Shown piece after piece: positions 9,548-18,355 of a DNA stretch of 64,000 bases. Origin of the DNA: Candidatus Poribacteria bacterium (lineage in GTDB: Bacteria; Poribacteria; WGA-4E; WGA-3G). Location: assembly GCA_965197475.1 (NCBI GenBank), contig CBDANF010000003.1, positions 3,648,001 to 3,712,000 on the forward strand, read 5' to 3'. How positions within the stretch are numbered: position 1 is the stretch's first letter; every line of letters starts with the position of its first letter. A program made the translations under genes and the position numbers. The notes beneath the pieces were generated by a model that was given only the letters and a program-made list of their open reading frames with translations, did no database searches and was not told the DNA's origin.

Positions 9548-11449
9548 TTGGTTGTGAACAAGAACACAAAAAACATGTTTGTGTGGTTTATTTTGGGGTT
9601 GGTTGTTGTTGTTGCTATCTACCAGCTTATCAACCGGAGTGACCAAGTTCATCAGTTGGCAACATCTGACTTTCATCGCTACATAACGGAGAAAAAGAAC
9701 TTCTTCGAAGGTTACCTAATTCTTGATGACGAATGGATTGAAGGTAAGTTTCGAGAGAATTATGTGGAAAAGGTTAGAGAAGAGCTGGAGAATGAAAAAA
9801 CGGTATTCCCGCCAAAATGGAAGGGAGAATTTAAAACAAGTCGTGATACAAATGATGAATACAACATCCAAGAAAAACTTGATGAGTATCGGATTCCTTA
9901 CGATGTTGATCCTGCCTCTAATTTTCCTGAATGGCTGCTCGTTTTCGGTACGACAATAGTGCCGTTATTGATATTCTTAGGTCTGATGATTTTCCTTTCT
10001 CGCCAGATGCAAGGGAGTGGAAACCGCGCACTCTCTTTTGGTAAAAGCCGCGCGAGGCTCCATACTGAAAATGAAAAGAAAGTTACCTTTGAAGATGTCG
10101 CAGGTGTAGACGAAGCAAAAGATGCACTTGAAGAGGTTATCGAATTCCTTAAAGCACCTAAAAAGTTTGAACGCCTCGGTGGAACAATTCCCAAAGGTGT
10201 GTTGTTAGTCGGTCCTCCCGGGACTGGTAAAACAATGCTGGCGCAAGCTGTCGCAGGTGAAGCAGATGTGCCATTTTTTAGCATAAGCGGTTCCGACTTT
10301 GTAGAAATGTTTGTCGGTGTAGGAGCATCTCGCGTACGAGACCTATTTGATGAAGGAAAGAAAAACGCTCCGTGCATTATCTTTATTGATGAACTTGATG
10401 CGGTCGGTCGCCATCGAGGTGCCGGAATTGGTGGTGGGCACGATGAACGTGAGCAAACTTTAAATGCACTGCTTGTTCAAATGCAAGGGTTTGAGACATC
10501 TGAAGGCGTTATTTTGATTGCAGCGACAAACCGTCCGGATGTTCTTGACCCTGCCCTATTACGGCCCGGTAGATTCGACCGTCAAATCATCGTTGATTTG
10601 CCTGATGTTCGCGGTAGACAAGCTATTCTCACTGTTCATACAAAAGAACCCTATAAAATTTCGGAGGATGTCAATTTAGAGATATTAGCAAAAGCGACAC
10701 CAGGATTTTCTGGAGCAGACCTGAAAAATATGGCGAATGAAGCCGCCCTGCTTGCGGCGAGACAAGATAAAGAAATGATTGACATGAGCTGCTTTGACGA
10801 AGCGAAAGACCGCGTCTTGATGGGACCCGAACGCCGTAGTTTGGTCATTAGTGAGGAAGAAAGACGCATCACTGCCTATCATGAAGCGGGGCATGCGCTT
10901 ATGTTGCATTTCGTGCCAGAAAGCGACCCTAACTATAAATGTACAATTGTGCCACGCGGTAGAGCACTCGGTGTAACCGCTATGCTCCCACTTGAAGAAC
11001 GGCATAATCTAAATAAGAAGAGGCTCCTCGCGCATATTATCTTCGCGCTCGGTGGCCGTGTTGCTGAAGAAATTATCTTCCACGAGCAGACGACTGGCGC
11101 GCAAAACGATTTTGAACAAGCAACCCGCCTTGCCCGCCGAATGGTCACCCAATGGGGTATGAGTCCAATGGGACCGTTGACTTTTGGCAGAAGAGATGAA
11201 CAGATCTTCCTCGGCAAGGAACTGGCAGTTCATCAAGATTACAGTGAACAGACCGCGATTGCAATTGATAAAGCAGTTTACGACATTGTAATGGAGTGTT
11301 ACGATAAGGCGAGAGAAATTATAGAGACAAACCTTGAGGGCTTGAAGCTGCTCGCAGATGCTCTCTTAGAACGAGAAACATTAATCACCGAAGAGATTGA
11401 AGAGATCCTCGGTCCCCGGCCACAGTTGCCAGCTAAAATCCTCACATGA
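9548..11449 (+). CDS. ftsH: ATP-dependent zinc metalloprotease FtsH (exact start uncertain)
   Basis: Two TM helices, [14 protein letters not shown], second region of homology and HEAGH. Confidence 0.97.
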   Translation: MVVNKNTKNMFVWFILGLVVVVAIYQLINRSDQVHQLATSDFHRYITEKKNFFEGYLILDDEWIEGKFRENYVEKVREELENEKTVFPPKWKGEFKTSRDTNDEYNIQEKLDEYRIPYDVDPASNFPEWLLVFGTTIVPLLIFLGLMIFLSRQMQGSGNRALSFGKSRARLHTENEKKVTFEDVAGVDEAKDALEEVIEFLKAPKKFERLGGTIPKGVLLVGPPGTGKTMLAQAVAGEADVPFFSISGSDFVEMFVGVGASRVRDLFDEGKKNAPCIIFIDELDAVGRHRGAGIGGGHDEREQTLNALLVQMQGFETSEGVILIAATNRPDVLDPALLRPGRFDRQIIVDLPDVRGRQAILTVHTKEPYKISEDVNLEILAKATPGFSGADLKNMANEAALLAARQDKEMIDMSCFDEAKDRVLMGPERRSLVISEEERRITAYHEAGHALMLHFVPESDPNYKCTIVPRGRALGVTAMLPLEERHNLNKKRLLAHIIFALGGRVAEEIIFHEQTTGAQNDFEQATRLARRMVTQWGMSPMGPLTFGRRDEQIFLGKELAVHQDYSEQTAIAIDKAVYDIVMECYDKAREIIETNLEGLKLLADALLERETLITEEIEEILGPRPQLPAKILT

Positions 11450-12273
11450 ACTGCCGAGGTAAACAACTTGCTTTTGGCGGCAGCACCCATATTATGGGTG
11501 CCTTAAACGTTACCCCCGATTCATTTTCCGATGGCGGTGCCTACTTGGATGTGAACACCGCTATTGCACATGCTAAAACGATGGTCGCAGAGGGGGCAAC
11601 CATGATTGATATCGGAGGCGAGTCGTCTCGTCCAGGTGCAGAACCGGTGCCAGCAGACGTAGAATTAGATCGGGTATTACCAGTTATCCGTGCACTCATT
11701 TCTGAACAACTGGACGTTCTACTTTCCATTGATACCACAAAAGCAGTTGTGGCACAACACGCCCTTGAAGTTGGGGCACATATCATCAACGATATTACAG
11801 CACTTCGCGGGGATACCGCAATGGCACAAGTCGCAGCAGAAATGGAAGCGGGTGTTATTCTGATGCACATGAAAGGAACACCGCGCACTATGCAACGCGC
11901 ACCTCAGTATAAAGATGTTGTGAAAGAAGTTTACGAGGCGTTAGGGAATTGGATTAACAATGCTACGCAAAACGGTATTGACCCTAATCGAGTGATTATA
12001 GACCCAGGCATCGGATTTGGTAAAACTATCAAACAGAACCTACAAATCTTAAAATGTCTGGATGTATTCAAACGTCTAAATAAACCGATATTACTTGGCA
12101 CATCTCGGAAATCGTTTATTGGTAACCTGTTAAATCTTCCTGTAACTGAAAGGGTTGAAGGCACTCTTGCTACGGTGTGTTGGGCTATCGCACATGGCGC
12201 AGATATTGTACGCGTTCATGATGTGAAGGCTACAGTCCGCGCAGCACAGATGACAGATATTCTTTGTCGGTAA
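11446..12273 (+). CDS. folP: Dihydropteroate synthase
   Basis: NVTPDSFSDGG, GGESSRPGA, IDPGIGFGK, SRKSF and RVHDV; ATGA overlap with ftsH. Confidence 0.97.
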   Translation: MNCRGKQLAFGGSTHIMGALNVTPDSFSDGGAYLDVNTAIAHAKTMVAEGATMIDIGGESSRPGAEPVPADVELDRVLPVIRALISEQLDVLLSIDTTKAVVAQHALEVGAHIINDITALRGDTAMAQVAAEMEAGVILMHMKGTPRTMQRAPQYKDVVKEVYEALGNWINNATQNGIDPNRVIIDPGIGFGKTIKQNLQILKCLDVFKRLNKPILLGTSRKSFIGNLLNLPVTERVEGTLATVCWAIAHGADIVRVHDVKATVRAAQMTDILCR

Positions 12274-12280
12274 AGGGAAA

Positions 12281-12676
12281 TTGATGCTCCAACAGAAAAT
12301 CCAAGGGATCGGGATAGATATTATTGAGGTTGAACGGATTAAACGCCTCTCTCTTCGGTGGGGGAGTAAGTTTGAGCATCGTGTCTATACGCCGCAGGAA
12401 CTTACCTATTGCGGAAAAACACCGACTCGTTACGCGAGGCTCGCCGCTCGGTTTGCTGCGAAGGAGGCAACACTGAAAGCACTCGGTACTGGCTTAACGG
12501 TTGGAATGTATTGGCAGGATGTAGAAATATGCGCGGATGCTGTTGGAAAACCATCACTCGTCTTACACGGGCAAGTGAAGGAATATGCCGCAGAACTCGG
12601 TGTTGTTACGACCTTTGTCAGTCTGTCACATGCCGTTGATTACGCTGTCGCACAGGTAACACTTTGTTCTACTTAG
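12281..12676 (+). CDS. acpS: Holo-ACP synthase
   Basis: GIGIDIIE, AARFAAKEA and VSLSH. Confidence 0.95.
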   Translation: MMLQQKIQGIGIDIIEVERIKRLSLRWGSKFEHRVYTPQELTYCGKTPTRYARLAARFAAKEATLKALGTGLTVGMYWQDVEICADAVGKPSLVLHGQVKEYAAELGVVTTFVSLSHAVDYAVAQVTLCST

Positions 12677-12702
12677 AAGGACAAGGTTAATATTGACACA
12701 AC

Positions 12703-12792
12703 TATAACGTGAGTTCGAAATAAGGAATCAAGTGTAGTGAATCAACGCCGAATGCGCGTATGGCATTCATCGGGGTTAGAGACCTCTCCCAC
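12703..12792. repeat. REP/MITE-like mosaic; inverted copy at 14497-14551 and partial copy near 14270-14325
   Basis: TATAACGTGAGTTCG..GAATCAACGCCGAATGCGCGTATGGCAT versus the reverse complement of GATGCCATAAGCGCGTTCGGCGTTGATTC..GAATTCACGTTATA. Confidence 0.7.
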
Positions 12793-12837
12793 AAGAGCGT
12801 TCGAGAAAAGGTGGCAACTTGAGTTATTCTTGCAAAA

Positions 12838-14028
12838 GTGATGTCCCTACACATAATCTTTGGAATAAAGAAAGTGAAAAGAAAATTAGATTTTTTGCCC
12901 AATTGGATTGTGTCCTCACATTTTTTACAAATTTCGTTGTTGGTTTGTATATTTTTCCTTGTCTTCTGTTTTACCGTTTCGGATGGGATTACCTCAGAGA
13001 CGAACACAACAGCAGAAGCAGACAGGTTTCTTAAACAGCTGCTTGGTGCCGAACATCGTGGCATGGGTGGTAGTTTTGTTGGAGCGACCGGTGGTGCAAA
13101 TGCTCTCGGTAACAACCCTGCTGGTATCAGTGTCCCTGGAGGAAACCGGTTTGTAATTCACATGACCCGTTTCCCACACACTATAGCCCTACTTTCCAAA
13201 CCGAATTTCAATGTGAATTACGAAGATTATAGCCGGTATGAACAACGTGCCTCTGGCATTGAAGCATTGAATTGGGCGTTTCCAATAGGCAAGTTCGGCA
13301 CGATAGGTGTCGCGCTATCCACAGCACATGAGGGGCCTTTTCGCCGCGTTAATCATCAAGGAAAAGCACTTAACAATTTCCCAGAAAATAATCTTGCTGT
13401 TGGGCTCGGTTACGGTTTAAATACCTTGGAAGGCACCGTTGTGGGGTTTGATGTCAGGTGGTTACGTTCTAAAGTTACCGATGTATCGGGGGCAGAGCAT
13501 TTCGGCCGTGGTTACGCCTATAATGTTGGAATTATTCAAAAAGTTGGGAATGCTGTTCAGGTAGGCGTTGTCATACGTAATTTAAGTAATGGTTTGTCGT
13601 TTGTTGATCCTGCTATTCCAGATAAAATTCGCCGTGATGTCATTGCCGGTATAACGTATCAACGCGAAATTTCAAACTTTGCCCTACGTGTGGGATTAGA
13701 TATTCACCCCCCTTTTAGTGATGGTGTCCGAACCAACCTCGGTGCTGAGGTTTGGTATCGCAACTGCGTTGGCGGTAGAATCGGATATCTCAGGGATACA
13801 GAAAAGCGTTACGCCTCAGTTTTTCTTTTAGAAGAAGCTATGCTTGAGATGGAAGAGCGGAATTGGAAAGCGGAAGGTCTCTGCTTAGGATTTGGCGTGC
13901 GGGTCGCAAACATAACACTAAACGCAGCTTATACCCCCCAGTTCAAACCGACTGTGTCTGAGGATGAACGTATACACATTGTCCAAGGCACTTCTGTTTA
14001 CACCTTTTCAATCGGGCAGGATTTTTAA
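12838..14028 (+). CDS. PorV/PorQ-like outer-membrane beta-barrel protein (true start probably downstream)
   Basis: GAEHRGMGGSFVG..ANALGNNPAGI plug motif, alternating beta strands, C-terminal Phe. Confidence 0.7.
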   Translation: MMSLHIIFGIKKVKRKLDFLPNWIVSSHFLQISLLVCIFFLVFCFTVSDGITSETNTTAEADRFLKQLLGAEHRGMGGSFVGATGGANALGNNPAGISVPGGNRFVIHMTRFPHTIALLSKPNFNVNYEDYSRYEQRASGIEALNWAFPIGKFGTIGVALSTAHEGPFRRVNHQGKALNNFPENNLAVGLGYGLNTLEGTVVGFDVRWLRSKVTDVSGAEHFGRGYAYNVGIIQKVGNAVQVGVVIRNLSNGLSFVDPAIPDKIRRDVIAGITYQREISNFALRVGLDIHPPFSDGVRTNLGAEVWYRNCVGGRIGYLRDTEKRYASVFLLEEAMLEMEERNWKAEGLCLGFGVRVANITLNAAYTPQFKPTVSEDERIHIVQGTSVYTFSIGQDF

Positions 14029-14119
14029 ATTTCCTATGATGTGTTTAGATGATGTGTTTAGACTACCCTGAACACGTAATCCTAAATACATCCTTCATCT
14101 GAATACTCTGAAAATTTCA

Positions 14120-14551
14120 AAAACGAAATAAGAAATCAAGTGTAGATTGGGTAGAAGCACAGCGAAACCCATAGGTGTCAATGTTAAGTTAGGTTCAGTA
14201 GTGGAAAATGGATATTTCCGATGCCATTATTTCTTGTGGAAGGCTTTCTAATCCCGATATGTAATCAATCCGAATCAACGTCAAATGCGCGTATAGCATT
14301 TGACGGGGTTGAAAACCCCTCCCACAATATAAAAGGCGCGTGAATTGCGCGACTACAAACGCTGCTAATCCCAAAATTCGCGTAATCTGTGTAAATCCTT
14401 GATTCAGAGAAAATTAAGTGCTTAAATTGACACATAAGGCTTTCAAATTGTTCTACCCGCAGCGTGCCATACGCGCACGCTGTGTTGATTTGGACGGATG
14501 CCATAAGCGCGTTCGGCGTTGATTCCCTACTTTAGTTGAATTCACGTTATA
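14120..14551. repeat. Intergenic mosaic of several REP-like palindromes
   Basis: GTAGATTGGGTAGAAGCACAGCGAAACCCA (related to ~57960), GTGGAAGGCTTTCTAATCCC, GGGGTTGAAAACCCCTCCCAC, AATTGCGCGACTACAA (also ~33443 and ~40170). Confidence 0.65.
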
Positions 14552-14555
14552 AATT

Positions 14556-15158
14556 ATGTCAGGCGAGTACCAAACAATTGTCGGAATTGCTACTGCTAAA
14601 CATGTGGTGAAAAAATCGAGGTTTTTTGGAGAGGCATCGGCAGTAAATAGCCGCGCTGAAGTTAAAGCGTTTGTTGCGGATGTCCGATCACGGATTCGTC
14701 AAGCCACCCACTACTGTTATGCTTATAGTCTCGGCAGTAGTGACGACAAGTTGGAATATGCTACAGATGCGGGTGAACCGACAAATGCTGCGGGTCCCCC
14801 TATTCTCGCTGCGATTCGCGCCACCGGATTATCTAATACCACAATTGTTGTTGCACGGTATTACGGTGGTATCAACCTTGGAATTGGTGGGTTAATTCGA
14901 GCTTACGGCGCATGTGCACGGGCATGCCTCGAAAACGCAACTTTAGAAACCCGTACCTTTTATCACGATTTACACGTAAAGGTCCCTTACGCCCATATAG
15001 GTACAGTTGTCACACTATGTAAACGTTTAGGAGGTCAAGTAATAAACATTGAGTATGATCCAAACCCAATTATCGCAATTCGGATTCAACAAAAAGTGCT
15101 GGAAACTTTCCAAGCACAACTTCAAAGCATTGGAATTAGAAATACAGGTTTACAGTGA
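14556..15158 (+). CDS. yigZ: YigZ/IMPACT family protein
   Basis: VKKSRF, ATHYCYAY, DAGEP..AG.PI and RYYGGINLGIGGLIRAY. Confidence 0.9.
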   Translation: MSGEYQTIVGIATAKHVVKKSRFFGEASAVNSRAEVKAFVADVRSRIRQATHYCYAYSLGSSDDKLEYATDAGEPTNAAGPPILAAIRATGLSNTTIVVARYYGGINLGIGGLIRAYGACARACLENATLETRTFYHDLHVKVPYAHIGTVVTLCKRLGGQVINIEYDPNPIIAIRIQQKVLETFQAQLQSIGIRNTGLQ

Positions 15159-15185
15159 TATTATAACTTGTAGGAGGAATGCACG

Positions 15186-15617
15186 TTGAGCACAGTGAAA
15201 TATACTACAACACATGAATGGATTGAAGTTGTTGACACAGACGGAACTATTGGCATCACAGAACGCGCCCAGCTCATGTACGGCGAGGTTATTTTTGTTG
15301 ATGTGTCCCCTGAGCAAGAATGCGAACAAGGTGAAATTATTGGTAGAATTGAAACTGAAACCGGAGGAAACTTTTATCTTTATGCCCCTGTTGCTGGAGA
15401 GATTTACGAAGTCAATTCAGCACTTGAAGAAGACATTGAACTCATCAATAGTGTGCCAGAAGGTGATGGCTGGATTTGCAAAATCTACATTGATAATCTC
15501 AGTGAACTGGACTCACTTTTGAGTTTAGAGGAATATGAAGACTACGAAGAAGATGAACTTGATGAAGGTGAGTACTTGCCAGAAACCGATTTTTACGAAA
15601 ATATTGATGACTATTGA
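15186..15617 (+). CDS. GcvH-like protein lacking the lipoyl-lysine, with acidic tail
   Basis: YTTTHEWI, IGIT..AQ..GEVIFV, YAPVAGEI.EVN and N..PEGDGW; 'ETETG' replaces 'ESVKA'. Confidence 0.75.
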   Translation: MSTVKYTTTHEWIEVVDTDGTIGITERAQLMYGEVIFVDVSPEQECEQGEIIGRIETETGGNFYLYAPVAGEIYEVNSALEEDIELINSVPEGDGWICKIYIDNLSELDSLLSLEEYEDYEEDELDEGEYLPETDFYENIDDY

Positions 15618-16546
15618 TCACCTTTGGAAGTTATAAAAATACGTCGAACAAGACGCAGCTTCGGTACTGGAATAATAGTCTCTACCTGATACCCTAAATC
15701 AGAAAGCGGTTGACTGAGGTCGCGGGTATCAATAAATCCTGCTTTTGGTGCACAGATGTGCAGGTTTTCCAGAATCTCTGCGGCTGCAGCGGTATCTTTC
15801 ACAAGACTTATACCGTAAGGAAGATCAGTGGCAACTGCATCAAACCGCCCCTGTATCGTCCGAGCATCTTCTAATTGCACGTTAGCCGTGAGGCCAAAAT
15901 GTTTGAGGTTTTTGGTCGTGGCACCGACCATGCGCGGATTGATATCATAACCGGTTGCCCGAAGTCCATTATGTGCAGCCGACAAGACAATCGTGCCAGT
16001 ACCACAACATGGGTCAAGAAGATGTTCACCCGGAGAAGCCACAAGGTTTACGAGCGCGAGGGCTAACCTTGCAGGAAGTGAACTGGAGGTCACGTGCGGA
16101 CGCTGATCGTGTGTAACCCACATCCCATCGGATTCGGAGCGAAGGCGACCAAACCAAATTTTGTCGGGTGTGATGACGGTTAGAAAGACGACTCTCGGAG
16201 ACGACAAATTCGGTTTACCGCCAATAACGCCGCCTATCTGACTCGCCAACGTCATTGAGTTAAGATTTAGACTGTGAGGCTTTTTAACAACTGATACCCG
16301 AAAGTCGTCTGCATGTAAACCTGCAGAACGGATGTTCACGCAAAGTTCGGTGATACTTGCAGTTTCAAAGAGAATTTCAGTACAACTTTTGAGGTAAGCA
16401 CCCCGGCGCACATCAATACACGTGTCCGAAATCGTAATACCGTACGCATCCGGTACCGCACCCGTTAATGCAACTGATTCTGCGGATGCAAGTTCGGTAA
16501 GTTGAGAAGGAATTGCCATTAGGTAAAGATATTTTTGTGCTGCCAT
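15611..16546 (-). CDS. SAM-dependent RNA methyltransferase (Trm11/UPF0020-like); start uncertain
   Basis: SSLPARLALALVNL, LDPCCGTG and ATDLPYG. Confidence 0.75.
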   Translation of the reverse strand: MAAQKYLYLMAIPSQLTELASAESVALTGAVPDAYGITISDTCIDVRRGAYLKSCTEILFETASITELCVNIRSAGLHADDFRVSVVKKPHSLNLNSMTLASQIGGVIGGKPNLSSPRVVFLTVITPDKIWFGRLRSESDGMWVTHDQRPHVTSSSLPARLALALVNLVASPGEHLLDPCCGTGTIVLSAAHNGLRATGYDINPRMVGATTKNLKHFGLTANVQLEDARTIQGRFDAVATDLPYGISLVKDTAAAAEILENLHICAPKAGFIDTRDLSQPLSDLGYQVETIIPVPKLRLVRRIFITSKGDQ

Positions 16547-16603
16547 GTTTATCATGATACCACAAACTTCGCGGAAATAACAAAGTTAGAAAGGAAACAT
16601 TTG

Positions 16604-17440
16604 ATGCCAGAGACAGAGAAAATTCGGATAGGCCATAGTCCAGATTCCGATGATGCCTTTATGTTCTACGCCCTTGCAAAAGGACTTATTCCAACTGGGC
16701 CCTATGAAATTGTCCACGTTATAGAAGACATTGAAACCCTGAATCGACGTGCATTGGCAGCAGAACTTGAAGTTACAGCGATTTCTGTCCATGCTTATGC
16801 TTATGTTGCAAATGATTACGCACTTATGCCTTGCGGCGCAAGTATTGGAGATAAGTATGGTCCCCTTGTCGTTTCGAAAGCACCGATGGAATCTCTTACC
16901 GGTAAACGTATCGCTATACCGGGCGAGATGACCACAGCCTATTTGACAATGAAACTCTATCAACCCGATGTTGAAGTAGAAACATACCGCTTTGATCAGA
17001 TTATTGAGGCAGTGCAGCAAGGTGAAGTTGACGCAGGACTTATCATCCATGAGGGACAACTCACTTACGCGCGCGAAGGACTTCATAAAATAGTTGATTT
17101 AGGAGAATGGTGGTATGAGGAAACTGGATTGCCTTTACCTCTCGGTGCAAACGTTATCCGCCGCAATCTCGGTTCTGAGAAAATCCGATCCGTAACTTCC
17201 CTTATAAAGCAGAGTATTCAATATTCACTTGAACATCGCGAACGTGGACTTGAATATGCAATGACCTACGCTCGAGACATGGAAACCGACCTCGCGGACA
17301 AGTTTGTCGGAATGTATGTTAATGATTATACACTGGATTATGGGGAGAGTGGGAGGACAGCAGTACAGGAACTGCTCAACCGTGGGCACGAAGCTGGCGT
17401 GATTGCTAATCAAGTGGATGCCGACTTTGTTGCTGTTTGA
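16604..17440 (+). CDS. mqnD: 1,4-dihydroxy-6-naphthoate synthase (futalosine pathway)
   Basis: GHSPDSDDAFMFYAL, IAIPG..TTA, GLIIHEGQLTY, LPLPLG and YVNDYT. Confidence 0.9.
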   Translation: MPETEKIRIGHSPDSDDAFMFYALAKGLIPTGPYEIVHVIEDIETLNRRALAAELEVTAISVHAYAYVANDYALMPCGASIGDKYGPLVVSKAPMESLTGKRIAIPGEMTTAYLTMKLYQPDVEVETYRFDQIIEAVQQGEVDAGLIIHEGQLTYAREGLHKIVDLGEWWYEETGLPLPLGANVIRRNLGSEKIRSVTSLIKQSIQYSLEHRERGLEYAMTYARDMETDLADKFVGMYVNDYTLDYGESGRTAVQELLNRGHEAGVIANQVDADFVAV

Positions 17441-17496
17441 AATGTGTGTTGTCATTCCGACAGAAATTAATCTTTTCACTACCCAAAGGTCCTGCT

Positions 17497-17700
17497 ATGG
17501 ACACAAAACGCCGCAGAAGTTTTCAGTTAGAAGATGCCAAAGGTAATAAACTTGCGACAGGTGTTATCTATGATGAGGGCAATGTTCAGGTGTTGTGGCG
17601 TGTAGATTGCGGTTACACGGCTGAACAGTATGCATCTCTTAATCCTATCTTAGATTTGATGCCGGGAGTAGTTGTGCTTCGTCTCCAAGATACCGAGTGA
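17497..17700 (+). CDS. Small hypothetical protein
   Basis: Protein-like 67-aa ORF downstream of mqnD. Confidence 0.5.
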   Translation: MDTKRRRSFQLEDAKGNKLATGVIYDEGNVQVLWRVDCGYTAEQYASLNPILDLMPGVVVLRLQDTE

Positions 17701-17791
17701 TACCCAATTAACCCGATTTGTAGTGCAAGGTCTCTGGATTCTCCTCACAATGCTGACTTTTTCACAAAACTTCTAAGCAAGTTAATTGATA

Positions 17792-18265
17792 TTAGAAAAA
17801 CTGCAGCCTGCCGCCATGCAGGACTATGTCTTTTCCTGCTTCATGCAGTGTAACACGTTTTGATTGAATCTCTTTTACACGTACATCGTCAAGGGTGTCC
17901 CCGACTTTGACAGTATGCAACCGATTTGAACGCCGCTCCAATATAAACGCCTTTGAATCTGCTGTGTTCTGGGAAACTGCTGTGCCGATGAGGGTATAGT
18001 CCGGCTGTTTTCTGGGCGGTTGCCAACCGAGTGGACGGAAGATGTTGGTGTCTATGATGAGTTGGTAGAACGCGTCAGGGTTTTCTGCAGTTGTGTTGGA
18101 ATTGACAGCGTTTACCTTCGGTTGTTCCACATTTGCTATTACATCTTTTTGATGCGGAATTTCAGTTGCGGGTGCCAATTTTGGTGCATGTTGCAGATAT
18201 AGAATGATACCAGCAGTGAGGAGTAACGGGATGATAAGACCTATTATGAAGGATTTTACTTTCAT
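17792..18265 (-). CDS. Bitopic membrane protein with GspC/PilP-like C-terminal domain
   Basis: RBS AAGGAG; one TM helix; NIFRPL..YTLIGTAV..SKAFI..VKVGD.L..VRVKEIQSKRVTL. Confidence 0.7.
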   Translation of the reverse strand: MKVKSFIIGLIIPLLLTAGIILYLQHAPKLAPATEIPHQKDVIANVEQPKVNAVNSNTTAENPDAFYQLIIDTNIFRPLGWQPPRKQPDYTLIGTAVSQNTADSKAFILERRSNRLHTVKVGDTLDDVRVKEIQSKRVTLHEAGKDIVLHGGRLQFF

Positions 18266-18287
18266 TAAGTGCTCCTTTACAAAAAAC

Positions 18288-18317
18288 AGGCAGATACCCA
18301 AAAGAATATCTGCCTGT
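18288..18317 (-). terminator. Intrinsic terminator after the metalloprotease gene
   Basis: CAGGCAGATA-loop-TATCTGCCTG followed by TTTTT on the minus strand. Confidence 0.75.
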
Positions 18318-18355
18318 CAGTTCCAAGACACGCCCCTTTCTAATCTAAAGGACAA

